Shown: positions 25,501-39,100 of the stretch, piece after piece
How the letters are laid out: every line of letters begins with the position of its first letter
How positions within the stretch are numbered: position 1 is the first letter of the stretch
Assembly (NCBI GenBank): GCA_964057225.1
Contig: OZ059900.1
Location: forward strand, 1,736,001-1,800,000
From: Auanema rhodensis
Lineage: Eukaryota > Animalia > Nematoda
Direction of reading: 5' to 3'
DNA length: 64,000 bases
Translations under genes and position numbers: made by a program
The notes under the pieces: model-generated
Databases searched by the model: none
What the model saw: the letters and a program-made list of their open reading frames with translations, nothing else
Told to the model about the DNA's origin: nothing

Positions 25501-27802
25501 ATTTATTCATTTTGATCAAAAAAGGTCGAAAATAGAAAGAATTTTTTAATTTTCCGAGTTTTGAGTCCAATTGGGCTAAATCGCTCATATATATGATCAA
25601 AAGCATAGTTTCACTGTCTATGATAACAAAAGTCTTCAAATATACACTAGTAATGATTAAATCACTGAATTTCACTCAAATAGCATTACTACACTAAGTA
25701 TGGTCGTTTTTATGCCTTTAACACCATATACTCACCGATTTTTGGTACAAAATCTGTGATACTCGTAAATTTTGATCATATTCGTTAAGATTTGAGAATC
25801 AAACATACAATACACAAAATCAGTCTATTTTTATGAGCTTGCACTGATATATATTCATTTTGATCAAAAAAGGTCGAAAATAGAATGAATTTTTGAAATT
25901 TCCGAGTTTTGAGTCTAATTTGGCTAAATCGCTCATATATATGATCAAAAGCATAGTTTTACTGTCTATGATAACAAAAGTCTTCAAATATACACTAATA
26001 ATGATTAAATCACTGATTTTCAGTCAAATAGCATTACTACACTAAGTATGGTCGTTTTTATGCCTTTAACACCATATACTCACCGATTTTTGGTACAAAA
26101 TCTGTAATACTTGTAAATTTTGATCATATTTGTTAAGATTCGAGAATCAAACACATAATACACGAAATAAGTCTATTTTTACAAGTTTGCACTGATATTT
26201 ATTCATTTTGATCAAAAAAGGTCGAAAATAGAAAAAATTTTTGAAATTTCCGAGTTTTGAGTCCAATTTGGCTAAATCGCTCATATATAAGATCAAAAGC
26301 ATAGTTTTATTGTCTATAACAACAAAAGTCATCAATTAAACGCTAGTGATATTTAAATACTGATTTTCGCTCAAGTAGCATTACTACACTAAGTATGGTC
26401 GTTTTCATGCCTTTAACACCATATACTCACCGATTTTTGGTACAAAATCTGTAATACTTGTAAATTTTGATCATATTCGTTAAGATTTGAGAATCGAACA
26501 TACAATACACAAAATCAGTCTATTTTTATGAGCTTGCACTGATATATATTCATTTTGATCAAAAAAGGTCGAAAATAGAAAGAATTTTTGAAATTTCCGA
26601 GTTTTGAGTCTAATTTGGCTAAATCGCTCATATATATGATCAGAAGCATAGTTTTAATGTCTATGACAACAAAAATCATCAATTAAACGCTAGTGATATT
26701 TAAATACTGATTTTCGCTCAAATAGCATTACTACACTAAGTATGGTCGTTTTTATGCTTTTAACACCATATACTCACCGATTTTTGGTACAAAATCTGTA
26801 ATACTCGTAAAATTTGATCATATTTGTTAAGATTTGAGAATCAAACACACAATACACAAAATCAGTCTATTTTTATGAGTTTACACTGATATATATTCAT
26901 TTTCATCAAAAAAGGTCGAAAATAGAAAGAATTTTTGAATTTTCCGAGTTTTGAGTCGAATTGGGCTAAATCGCTCATATATATGATCAAAAGCATAGTT
27001 TTACTGTCTATGATAACAAAAGTCTTCAAATATACACTAATAATGATTAAATCACTGAATTTCACTCAAATAGCATTACTACACTAAGTATGGTCGTTTT
27101 TATGCCTTTAACACCATATACTCACCGATTTTTGGTACAAAATCTGTAATACTCGTAAATTTCGATCATATTCGTTAAGATTCGAGAATCAAACACACAA
27201 TACACGAAATAAGTTTATTTTGACGAATTTGCACTGATATTTATTCATTTTGATCAAAAAAGGTCGAAAATAGAAAGAATTTTTTAATTTTCCGAGTTTT
27301 GAGTCCAATTGGGCTAAATCGCTCATATATATGATCAAAAGCATAGTTTCACTGTCTATGATAACAAAAGTCTTCAAATATACACTAGTAATGATTAAAT
27401 CACTGAATTTCACTCAAATAGCATTACTACACTAAGTATGGTCGTTTTTATGCCTTTAACACCATATACTCACCGATTTTTGGTACAAAATCTGTAATAC
27501 TTGTAAATTTTGATCATATTCGTTAAGATTTGAGAATCGAACATACAATACACAAAATCAGTCTATTTTTATGAGCTTGCACTGATATATATTCATTTTG
27601 ATCAAAAAAGGTCGAAAATAGAAAGAATTTTTGAAATTTCCGAGTTTTGAGTCTAATTTGGCTAAATCGCTCATATATATGATCAGAAGCATAGTTTTAA
27701 TGTCTATGACAACAAAAATCATCAATTAAACGCTAGTGTTGTTTAAATACTGATTTTCGCTCAAATAGCATTACTACACTAAGTATGGTCGTTTTATGCC
27801 TT
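13555..27802. repeat. HOR copy 2 (41 monomers, 14,248 bp)
   Basis: Length equals 13555 + 1390 (tetramer duplication) - 348 - 348 (two single-monomer deletions) - 1 (T lost near 27792). Marker order matches copy 4. Confidence 0.9.
18420..21199. repeat. Tandem duplication of a 1390-bp tetramer (D'-E-B-C)
   Basis: ORFs 18500/19890, 18848/20238 and 19196/20586 are offset by 1390. The rare gtagatttt marker occurs in both C monomers (19463, 20853). Confidence 0.9.
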
Positions 27803-29886
27803 TAACACCATATACTCACCGATTTTTGGTACAAAATCTGTAATACTCGTAAAATTTGATCATATTTGTTAAGATTTGAGAATCAAACACACAATACACA
27901 AAATCAGTCTATTTTTATGAGTTTACACTGATATATATTCATTTTCATCAAAAAAGGTCGAAAATAGAAAGAATTTTTGAATTTTCCGAGTTTTGAGTCG
28001 AATTGGGCTAAATCGCTCATATATATGATCAAAAGCATAGTTTTACTGTCTATGATAACAAAAGTCTTCAAATATACACTAATAATGATTAAATCACTGA
28101 ATTTCACTCAAATAGCATTACTACACTAAGTATGGTCGTTTTTATGCCTTTAACACCATATACTCACCGATTTTTGGTACAAAATCTGTAATACTTGTAA
28201 ATTTTGATCATATTTGTTAAGATTCGAGAATCAAACACATAATACACAAAATAAGTCTATTTTTACAAGTTTGCACTGATATTTATTCATTTTGATCAAA
28301 AAAGGTCGAAAATAGAAAGAATTTTTAAAATTTCCGAGTTTTGAGTCCAATTTGGCTAAATCGCTCATATATATGATCAAAAGCATAGTTTTATTGTCTA
28401 TAACAACAAAAGTCATCAATTAAACGCTAGTGATGTTTAAATACTGAATTTCGCTCAAATAGCATTACTACACTAAGTATGGTCGTTTTTATGCCTTTAA
28501 CACCATATACTCACCGATTTTTGGTACAAAATCTGTAATACTCGTAAATTTTGATCATATTCGTTAAGATTTGAGAATCAAACATACAATACACAAAATC
28601 AGTCTATTTTTATGAGCTTGCACTGATATATATTCATTTTGATCAAAAAAGGTCGAAAATAGAAAGAATTTTTGAAATTTCCGAGTTTTGAGTCTAATTT
28701 GGCTAAATCGCTCATATATATGATCAGAAGCATAGTTTTAATGTCTATGACAACAAAAATCATCAATTAAACGCTAGTGTTGTTTAAATACTGATTTTCG
28801 CTCAAATAGCATTACTACACTAAGTATGGTCGTTTTTATGCCTTTAACACCATATACTCACCGATTTTTGGTACAAAATCTGTAATACTCGTAAAATTTG
28901 ATCATATTTGTTAAGATTTGAGAATCAAACACACAATACACAAAATCAGTCTATTTTTATGAGTTTACACTGATATATATTCATTTTCATCAAAAAAGGT
29001 CGAAAATAGAAAGAATTTTTGAATTTTCCGAGTTTTGAGTCGAATTGGGCTAAATCGCTCATATATATGATCAAAAGCATAGTTTTACTGTCTATGATAA
29101 CAAAAGTCTTCAAATATACACTAATAATGATTAAATCACTGAATTTCACTCAAATAGCATTACTACACTAAGTATGGTCGTTTTTATGCCTTTAACACCA
29201 TATACTCACCGATTTTTGGTACAAAATCTGTAATACTTGTAAATTTTGATCATATTTGTTAAGATTCGAGAATCAAACACATAATACACAAAATAAGTCT
29301 ATTTTTACAAGTTTGCACTGATATTTATTCATTTTGATCAAAAAAGGTCGAAAATAGAAAGAATTTTTAAAATTTCCGAGTTTTGAGTCCAATTTGGCTA
29401 AATCGCTCATATATATGATCAAAAGCATAGTTTTATTGTCTATAACAACAAAAGTCATCAATTAAACGCTAGTGATGTTTAAATACTGAATTTCGCTCAA
29501 ATAGCATTACTACACTAAGTATGGTCGTTTTTATGCCTTTAACACCATATACTCACCGATTTTTGGTACAAAATCTGTAATACTCGTAAATTTTGATCAT
29601 ATTCGTTAAGATTTGAGAATCAAACATACAATACACAAAATCAGTCTATTTTTATGAGCTTGCACTGATATATATTCATTTTGATCAAAAAAGGTCGAAA
29701 ATAGAAAGAATTTTTGAAATTTCCGAGTTTTGAGTCTAATTTGGCTAAATCGCTCATATATATGATCAAAAGCATAGTTTTATTGTCTATGACAACAAAA
29801 GTCATCAATTAAATGCTAGTGATGTTTAAATACTGAATTTCGCTCAAATAGCATTACTACACTAAGTATGGTCGTTTTTATGCCTT
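27803..29886. repeat. Tandem duplication of a 1042-bp trimer (A-B-C)
   Basis: ORFs 27904/28946 and 28231/29273 are offset by 1042, with a chimeric junction monomer at 28498. Confidence 0.9.
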
Positions 29887-32800
29887 TAACACCATATACT
29901 CACCGATTTTTGGTACAAAATCTGTAATACTCGTAAATTTTGATCATATTCGGTGAGATTCGAGAATCAAACACACAATACACGAAATAAGTTTATTTTG
30001 ACGAGTTTGCACTGGTATTTATTCATTTTGATCAAAAAAGGTCGAAAATAGAAAGAATTTTTGAATTTTCCGAGTTTTGAGTCCAATTGGGCTAAATCGC
30101 TAATATATATGATCAAAAGCATAGTTTTACTGTCTATGATAACAAAAGTCTTCAAATATACACTAATAATGTGTAAATCACTGAATTTCACTCAAATAGC
30201 TTTACTACACTAAGTATGGTCGTTTTTATGCCTTTAACACCATATACTCACCGATTTTTGGTACAAAATCTGTAATACTCGTAAATTTCGATCATATTCG
30301 TTAAGATTCGAGAATCAAACACACAATACACGAAATAAGTTTATTTTTACGAGTTTGCACTGATATTTATTCATTTTGATCAAAAAAGGTCGAAAATAGA
30401 AAGAATTTTTGAATTTTCCGAGTTTTGAGTCCAATTGGGCTAAATCGCTCATATATATGATCAAAAGCATAGTTTCACTGTCTATGATAACAAAAGTCTT
30501 CAAATATACACTAATAATGATTAAATCACTGAATTTCACTCAAATAGCATTACTACACTAAGTATGGTCGTTTTTATGCCTTTAACACCATATACTCACC
30601 GATTTTTGGTACAAAATCTGTAATACTCGTAAATTTCGATCATATTCGTTAAGATTCGAGAATCAAACACACAATACACGAAATAAGTTTATTTTTACGA
30701 GTTTGCACTGATATTTATTCATTTTGATCAAAAAAGGTCGAAAATAGAAAGAATTTTTGAATTTTCCGAGTTTTGAGTCCAATTGGGCTAAATCGCTCAT
30801 ATATATGATCAAAAGCATAGTTTCACTGTCTATGATAACAAAAGTCTTCAAATATACACTAGTAATGATGAAATCACTGAATTTCACTCAAATAGCATTA
30901 CTACACTAAGTATGGTCGTTTTTATGCCTTTAACACCATATACTCACCGATTTTTGGTACAAAATCTGTAATACTTGTAAATTTTGATCATATTTGTTAA
31001 GATTCGAGAATCAAACACATAATACACGAAATAAGTCTATTTTTACAAGTTTGCACTGATATTTATTCATTTTGATCAAAAAAGGTCGAAAATAGAAAGA
31101 ATTTTTGAAATTTCCGAGTTTTGAGTCCAATTTGGCTAAATCGCTCATATATATGATCAAAAGCATAGTGTTATTGTCTATAACAACAAAAGTCATCAAT
31201 TAAACGCTAGTGATGTTTAAATACTGAATTTCGCTCAAATAGCATTACTACACTAAGTATGGTCGTTTTTATGCCTTTAACACCATATACTCACCGATTT
31301 TTGGTACAAAATCTGTAATACTCGTAAATTTTGATCATATTCGTTAAGATTTGAGAATCAAACATACAATACACAAAATCAGTCTATTTTTATGAGCTTG
31401 CACTGATATATATTCATTTTGATCAAAAAAGGTCGAAAATAGAAAGAATTTTTGAAATTTCCGAGTTTTGAGTCTAATTTGGCTAAATCGCTCATATATA
31501 TGATCAAAAGCATAGTTTTATTGTCTATGACAACAAAAGTCATCAATTAAATGCTAGTGATGTTTAAATACTGAATTTCGCTCAAATAGCATTACTACAC
31601 TAAGTATGGTCGTTTTTATGCCTTTAACACCATATACTCACCGATTTTTGGTACAAAATCTGTAATACTCGTAAATTTTGATCATATCCGGTGAGATTCG
31701 AGAATCAAACACACAATACACGAAATAAGTTTATTTTGACGAGTTTGCACTGGTATTTATTCATTTTGATCAAAAAAGGTCGAAAATAGAAAGAATTTTT
31801 GAATTTTCCGAGTTTTGAGTCCAATTGGGCTAAATCGCTCATATATATGATCAAAAGCATAGTTTTACTGTCTATGATAACAAAAGTCTTCAAATATACA
31901 CTAATAATGTGTAAATCACTGAATTTCACTCAAATAGCTTTACTACACTAAGTATGGTCGTTTTTATGCCTTTAACACCATATACTCACCGATTTTTGGT
32001 ACAAAATCTGTAATACTCGTAAATTTCGATCATATTCGTTAAGATTCGAGAATCAAACACACAATACACGAAATAAGTTTATTTTTACGAGTTTGCACTG
32101 ATATTTATTCATTTTGATCAAAAAAGGTCGAAAATAGAAAGAATTTTTGAATTTTCCGAGTTTTGAGTCCAATTGGGCTAAATCGCTCATATATATGATC
32201 AAAAGCATAGTTTCACTGTCTATGATAACAAAAGTCTTCAAATATACACTAGTAATGATTAAATCACTGAATTTCACTCAAATAGCATTACTACACTAAG
32301 TATGGTCGTTTTTATGCCTTTAACACCATATACTCACCGATTTTTGGTACAAAATCTGTAATACTTGTAAATTTTGATCATATTTGTTAAGATTCGAGAA
32401 TCAAACACATAATACACGAAATAAGTCTATTTTTACAAGTTTGCACTGATATTTATTCATTTTGATCAAAAAAAGGTCGAAAATAGAAAATTTTTTGAAA
32501 TTTCCGAGTTTTGAGTCCAATTTGGCTAAATCGCTCATATATAAGATCAAAAGCATAGTTTTATTGTCAATAACAACAAAAGTCATCAATTAAACGCTAG
32601 TGATATTTAAATACTGATTTTCGCTCAAGTAGCATTACTACACTAAGTATGGTCGTTTTTATGCCTTTAACACCATATACTCACCGATTTTTGGTACAAA
32701 ATCTGTAATACTTGTAAATTTTGATCATATTCGTTAAGATTTGAGAATCGAACATACAATACACAAAATCAGTCTATTTTTATGAGCTTGCACTGATATA

Positions 32801-34751
32801 TATTCATTTTGATCAAAAAAGGTCGAAAATAGAAAGAATTTTTGAAATTTCCGAGTTTTGAGTCTAATTTGGCTAAATCGCTCATATATATGATCAGAAG
32901 CATAGTTTTAATGTCTATGACAACAAAAATCATCAATTAAACGCTAGTGATGTTTAAATACTGATTTTCGCTCAAATAGCATTACTACACTAAGTATGGT
33001 CGTTTTTATGCCTTTAACACCATATACTCACCGATTTTTGGTACAAAATCTGTAATACTCGTAAAATTTGATCATATTTGTTAAGATTTGAGAATCAAAC
33101 ACACAATACACGAAATAAGTTTATTTTGACGAGTTTGCACTGGTATTTATTCATTTTGATCAAAAAAGGTCGAAAATAGAAAGAATTTTTGAATTTTCCG
33201 AGTTTTGAGTCCAATTGGGCTAAATCGCTCATATATATGATCAAAAGCATAGTTTTACTGTCTATGATAACAAAAGTCATCAATTAAACGCTAGTGATGT
33301 TTAAATACTGAATTTCGCTCAAATAGCATTACTACACTAAGTATGGTCGTTTTTATGCCTTTAACACCATATACTCACCGATTTTTGGTACAAAATCTGT
33401 AATACTCGTAAATTTTGATCATATTCGTTAAGATTTGAGAATCAAACATACAATACACAAAATCAGTCTATTTTTATGAGCTTGCACTGATATATATTCA
33501 TTTTGATCAAAAAAGGTCGAAAATAGAAAGAATTTTTGAAATTTCCGAGTTTTGAGTCTAATTTGGCTAAATCGCTCATATATATGATCAAAAGCATAGT
33601 TTTATTGTCTATGACAACAAAAGTCATCAATTAAATGCTAGTGATGTTTAAATACTGAATTTCGCTCAAATAGCATTACTACACTAAGTATGGTCGTTTT
33701 TATGCCTTTAACACCATATACTCACCGATTTTTGGTACAAAATCTGTAATACTCGTAAATTTTGATCATATTCGGTGAGATTCGAGAATCAAACACACAA
33801 TACACGAAATAAGTTTATTTTGACGAGTTTGCACTGGTATTTATTCATTTTGATCAAAAAAGGTCGAAAATAGAAAGAATTTTTGAATTTTCCGAGTTTT
33901 GAGTCCAATTGGGCTAAATCGCTAATATATATGATCAAAAGCATAGTTTTACTGTCTATGATAACAAAAGTCTTCAAATATACACTAATAATGTGTAAAT
34001 CACTGAATTTCACTCAAATAGCTTTACTACACTAAGTATGGTCGTTTTTATGCCTTTAACACCATATACTCACCGATTTTTGGTACAAAATCTGTAATAC
34101 TCGTAAATTTCGATCATATTCGTTAAGATTCGAGAATCAAACACACAATACACGAAATAAGTTTATTTTTACGAGTTTGCACTGATATTTATTCATTTTG
34201 ATCAAAAAAGGTCGAAAATAGAAAGAATTTTTGAATTTTCCCAGTTTTGAGTCCAATTGGGCTAAATCGCTCATATATATGATCAAAAGCATAGTTTCAC
34301 TGTCTATGATAACAAAAGTCTTCAAATATACACTAATAATGATTAAATCACTGAATTTCACTCAAATAGCATTACTACACTAAGTATGGTCGTTTTTATG
34401 CCTTTAACACCATATACTCACCGATTTTTGGTACAAAATCTGTAATACTTGTAAATTTTGATCATATTTGTTAAGATTCGAGAATCAAACACATAATACA
34501 CAAAATAAGTCTATTTTTACAAGTTTGCACTGATATTTATTCATTTTGATCAAAAAAGGTCGAAAATAGAAAGAATTTTTGAAATTTCCGAGTTTTGAGT
34601 CCAATTTGGCTAAATCGCTCATATATATGATCAAAAGCATAGTTTTATTGTCTATAACAACAAAAGTCATCAATTAAACGCTAGTGATGTTTAAATACTG
34701 AATTTCGCTCAAATAGCATTACTACACTAAGTATGGTCGTTTTTATGCCTT

Positions 34752-36141
34752 TAACACCATATACTCACCGATTTTTGGTACAAAATCTGTAATACTCGTA
34801 GATTTTGATCATATTCGTTAAGATTTGAGAATCAAACATACAATACACAAAATCAGTCTATTTTTATGAGCTTGCACTGATATATATTCATTTTGATCAA
34901 AAAAGGTCGAAAATAGAAAGAATTTTTGAAATTTCCGAGTTTTGAGTCTAATTTGGCTAAATCGCTCATATATATGATCAAAAGCATAGTTTTATTGTCT
35001 ATGACAACAAAAGTCATCAATTAAATGCTAGTGATGTTTAAATACTGAATTTCGCTCAAATAGCATTACTACACTAAGTATGGTCGTTTTTATGCCTTTA
35101 ACACCATATACTCACCGATTTTTGGTACAAAATCTGTAATACTCGTAAATTTTGATCATATTCGGTGAGATTCGAGAATCAAACACACAATACACGAAAT
35201 AAGTTTATTTTGACGAGTTTGCACTGGTATTTATTCATTTTGATCAAAAAAGGTCGAAAATAGAAAGAATTTTTGAATTTTCCGAGTTTTGAGTCCAATT
35301 GGGCTAAATCGCTCATATATATGATCAAAAGCATAGTTTTACTGTCTATGATAACAAAAGTCTTCAAATATACACTAATAATGTGTAAATCACTGAATTT
35401 CACTCAAATAGCTTTACTACACTAAGTATGGTCGTTTTTATGCCTTTAACACCATATACTCACCGATTTTTGGTACAAAATCTGTAATACTCGTAGATTT
35501 TGATCATATTCGTTAAGATTTGAGAATCAAACATACAATACACAAAATCAGTCTATTTTTATGAGCTTGCACTGATATATATTCATTTTGATCAAAAAAG
35601 GTCGAAAATAGAAAGAATTTTTGAAATTTCCGAGTTTTGAGTCTAATTTGGCTAAATCGCTCATATATATGATCAAAAGCATAGTTTTATTGTCTATGAC
35701 AACAAAAGTCATCAATTAAATGCTAGTGATGTTTAAATACTGAATTTCGCTCAAATAGCATTACTACACTAAGTATGGTCGTTTTTATGCCTTTAACACC
35801 ATATACTCACCGATTTTTGGTACAAAATCTGTAATACTCGTAAATTTTGATCATATTCGGTGAGATTCGAGAATCAAACACACAATACACGAAATAAGTT
35901 TATTTTGACGAGTTTGCACTGGTATTTATTCATTTTGATCAAAAAAGGTCGAAAATAGAAAGAATTTTTGAATTTTCCGAGTTTTGAGTCCAATTGGGCT
36001 AAATCGCTCATATATATGATCAAAAGCATAGTTTTACTGTCTATGATAACAAAAGTCTTCAAATATACACTAATAATGTGTAAATCACTGAATTTCACTC
36101 AAATAGCTTTACTACACTAAGTATGGTCGTTTTTATGCCTT
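34752..36141. repeat. Tandem duplication of a 695-bp dimer (C[gtagatt]-D)
   Basis: ORFs 35179/35874 are offset by 695. The gtagatttt marker is present in monomers 34752 and 35447. Confidence 0.9.
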
Positions 36142-39100
36142 TAACACCATATACTCACCGATTTTTGGTACAAAATCTGTAATACTCGTAAATTTTGATC
36201 ATATTCGGTGAGATTCGAGAATCAAACACACAATACACGAAATAAGTTTATTTTGACGAGTTTGCACTGGTATTTATTCATTTTGATCAAAAAAGGTCGA
36301 AAATAGAAAGAATTTTTGAATTTTCCGAGTTTTGAGTCCAATTGGGCTAAATCGCTAATATATATGATCAAAAGCATAGTTTTACTGTCTATGATAACAA
36401 AAGTCTTCAAATATACACTAATAATGTGTAAATCACTGAATTTCACTCAAATAGCTTTACTACACTAAGTATGGTCGTTTTTATGCCTTTAACACCATAT
36501 ACTCACCGATTTTTGGTACAAAATCTGTAATACTTGTAAATTTTGATCATATTCGTTAAGATTTGAGAATCAAACATACAATACACAAAATCAGTCTATT
36601 TTTATGAGCTTGCACTGATATATATTCATTTTGATCAAAAAAGGTCGAAAATAGAAAGAATTTTTGAAATTTCCGAGTTTTGAGTCTAATTTGGCTAAAT
36701 CGCTCATATATATGATCAAAAGCATAGTTTTATTGTCTATGACAACAAAAGTCATCAATTAAATGCTAGTGATGTTTAAATACTGAATTTCGCTCAAATA
36801 GCATTACTACACTAAGTATGGTCGTTTTTATGCCTTTAACACCATATACTCACCGATTTTTGGTACAAAATCTGTAATACTCGTAAATTTTGATCATATT
36901 CGTTAAGATTTGAGAATCAATCATACAATACACAAAATCAGTCTATTTTTATGAGCTTGCACTGATATATATTCATTTTGATCAAAAAAGGTCGAAAATA
37001 GAAAGAATTTTTGAAATTTCCGAGTTTTGAGTCTAATTTGGCTAAATCGCTCATATATATGATCAAAAGCATAGTTTTATTGTCTATGACAACAAAAGTC
37101 ATCAATTAAATGCTAGTGATGTTTAAATACTGAATTTCGCTCAAATAGCATTACTACACGAAGTATGGTCGTTTTTATGCCTTTAACACCATATACTCAC
37201 CGATTTTTGGTACAAAATCTGTAATACTCGTAAATTTTGATCATATTCGGTGAGATTCGAGAATCAAACACACAATACACGAAATAAGTTTATTTTGACG
37301 AGTTTGCACTGGTATTTATTCATTTTGATCAAAAAAGGTCGAAAATAGAAAGAATTTTTGAATTTTCCGAGTTTTGAGTCCAATTGGGCTAAATCGCTAA
37401 TATATATGATCAAAAGCATAGTTTTACTGTCTATGATAACAAAAGTCTTCAAATATACACTAATAATGTGTAAATCACTGAATTTCACTCAAATAGCTTT
37501 ACTACACTAAGTATGGTCGTTTTTATGCCTTTAACACCATATACTCACCGATTTTTGGTACAAAATCTGTAATACTCGTAAATTTCGATCATATTCGTTA
37601 AGATTCGAGAATCAAACACACAATACACGAAATAAGTTTATTTTTACGAGTTTGCACTGATATTTATTCATTTTGATCAAAAAAGGTCGAAAATAGAAAG
37701 AATTTTTGAATTTTCCGAGTTTTGAGTCCAATTGGGCTAAATCGCTCATATATATGATCAAAAGCATAGTTTCACTGTCTATGATAACAAAAGTCTTCAA
37801 ATATACACTAATAATGATTAAATCACTGAATTTCACTCAAATAGCATTACTACACTAAGTATGGTCGTTTTTATGCCTTTAACACCATATACTCACCGAT
37901 TTTTGGTACAAAATCTGTAATACTTGTAAATTTTGATCATATTTGTTAAGATTCGAGAATCAAACACATAATACACAAAATAAGTCTATTTTTACAAGTT
38001 TGCACTGATATTTATTCATTTTGATCAAAAAAGGTCGAAAATAGAAAGAATTTTTGAAATTTCCGAGTTTTGAGTCCAATTTGGCTAAATCGCTCATATA
38101 TATGATCAAAAGCATAGTTTTATTGTCTATAACAACAAAAGTCATCAATTAAACGCTAGTGATGTTTAAATACTGAATTTCGCTCAAATAGCATTACTAC
38201 ACTAAGTATGGTCGTTTTTATGCCTTTAACACCATATACTCACCGATTTTTGGTACAAAATCTGTAATACTCGTAAATTTTGATCATATTCGTTAAGATT
38301 TGTGAATCAAACATACAATACACAGAATCAGTCTATTTTTATGAGCTTGCACTGATATATATTCATTTTGATCAAAAAAGGTCGAAAATAGAAAGAATTT
38401 TTGAAATTTCCGAGTTTTGAGTCTAATTTGGCTAAATCGCTCATATATATGATCAAAAGCATAGTTTTATTGTCTATGACAACAAAAGTCATCAATTAAA
38501 TGCTAGTGATGTTTAAATACTGAATTTCGCTCAAATAGCATTACTACACTAAGTATGGTCGTTTTTATGCCTTTAACACCATATACTCACCGATTTTTGG
38601 TACAAAATCTGTAATACTCGTAAATTTTGATCATATTCGGTGAGATTCGAGAATCAAACACACAATACACGAAATAAGTTTATTTTGACGAGTTTGCACT
38701 GGTATTTATTCATTTTGATCAAAAAAGGTCGAAAATAGAAAGAATTTTTGAATTTTCCGAGTTTTGAGTCCAATTGGGCTAAATCGCTCATATATATGAT
38801 CAAAAGCATAGTTTTACTGTCTATGATAACAAAAGTCTTCAAATATACACTAATAATGTGTAAATCACTGAATTTCACTCAAATAGCTTTACTACACTAA
38901 GTATGGTCGTTTTTATGCCTTTAACACCATATACTCACCGATTTTTGGTACAAAATCTGTAATACTCGTAAATTTCGATCATATTCGTTAAGATTCGAGA
39001 ATCAAACACACAATACACGAAATAAGTTTATTTTTACGAGTTTGCACTGATATTTATTCATTTTGATCAAAAAAGGTCGAAAATAGAAAGAATTTTTGAA

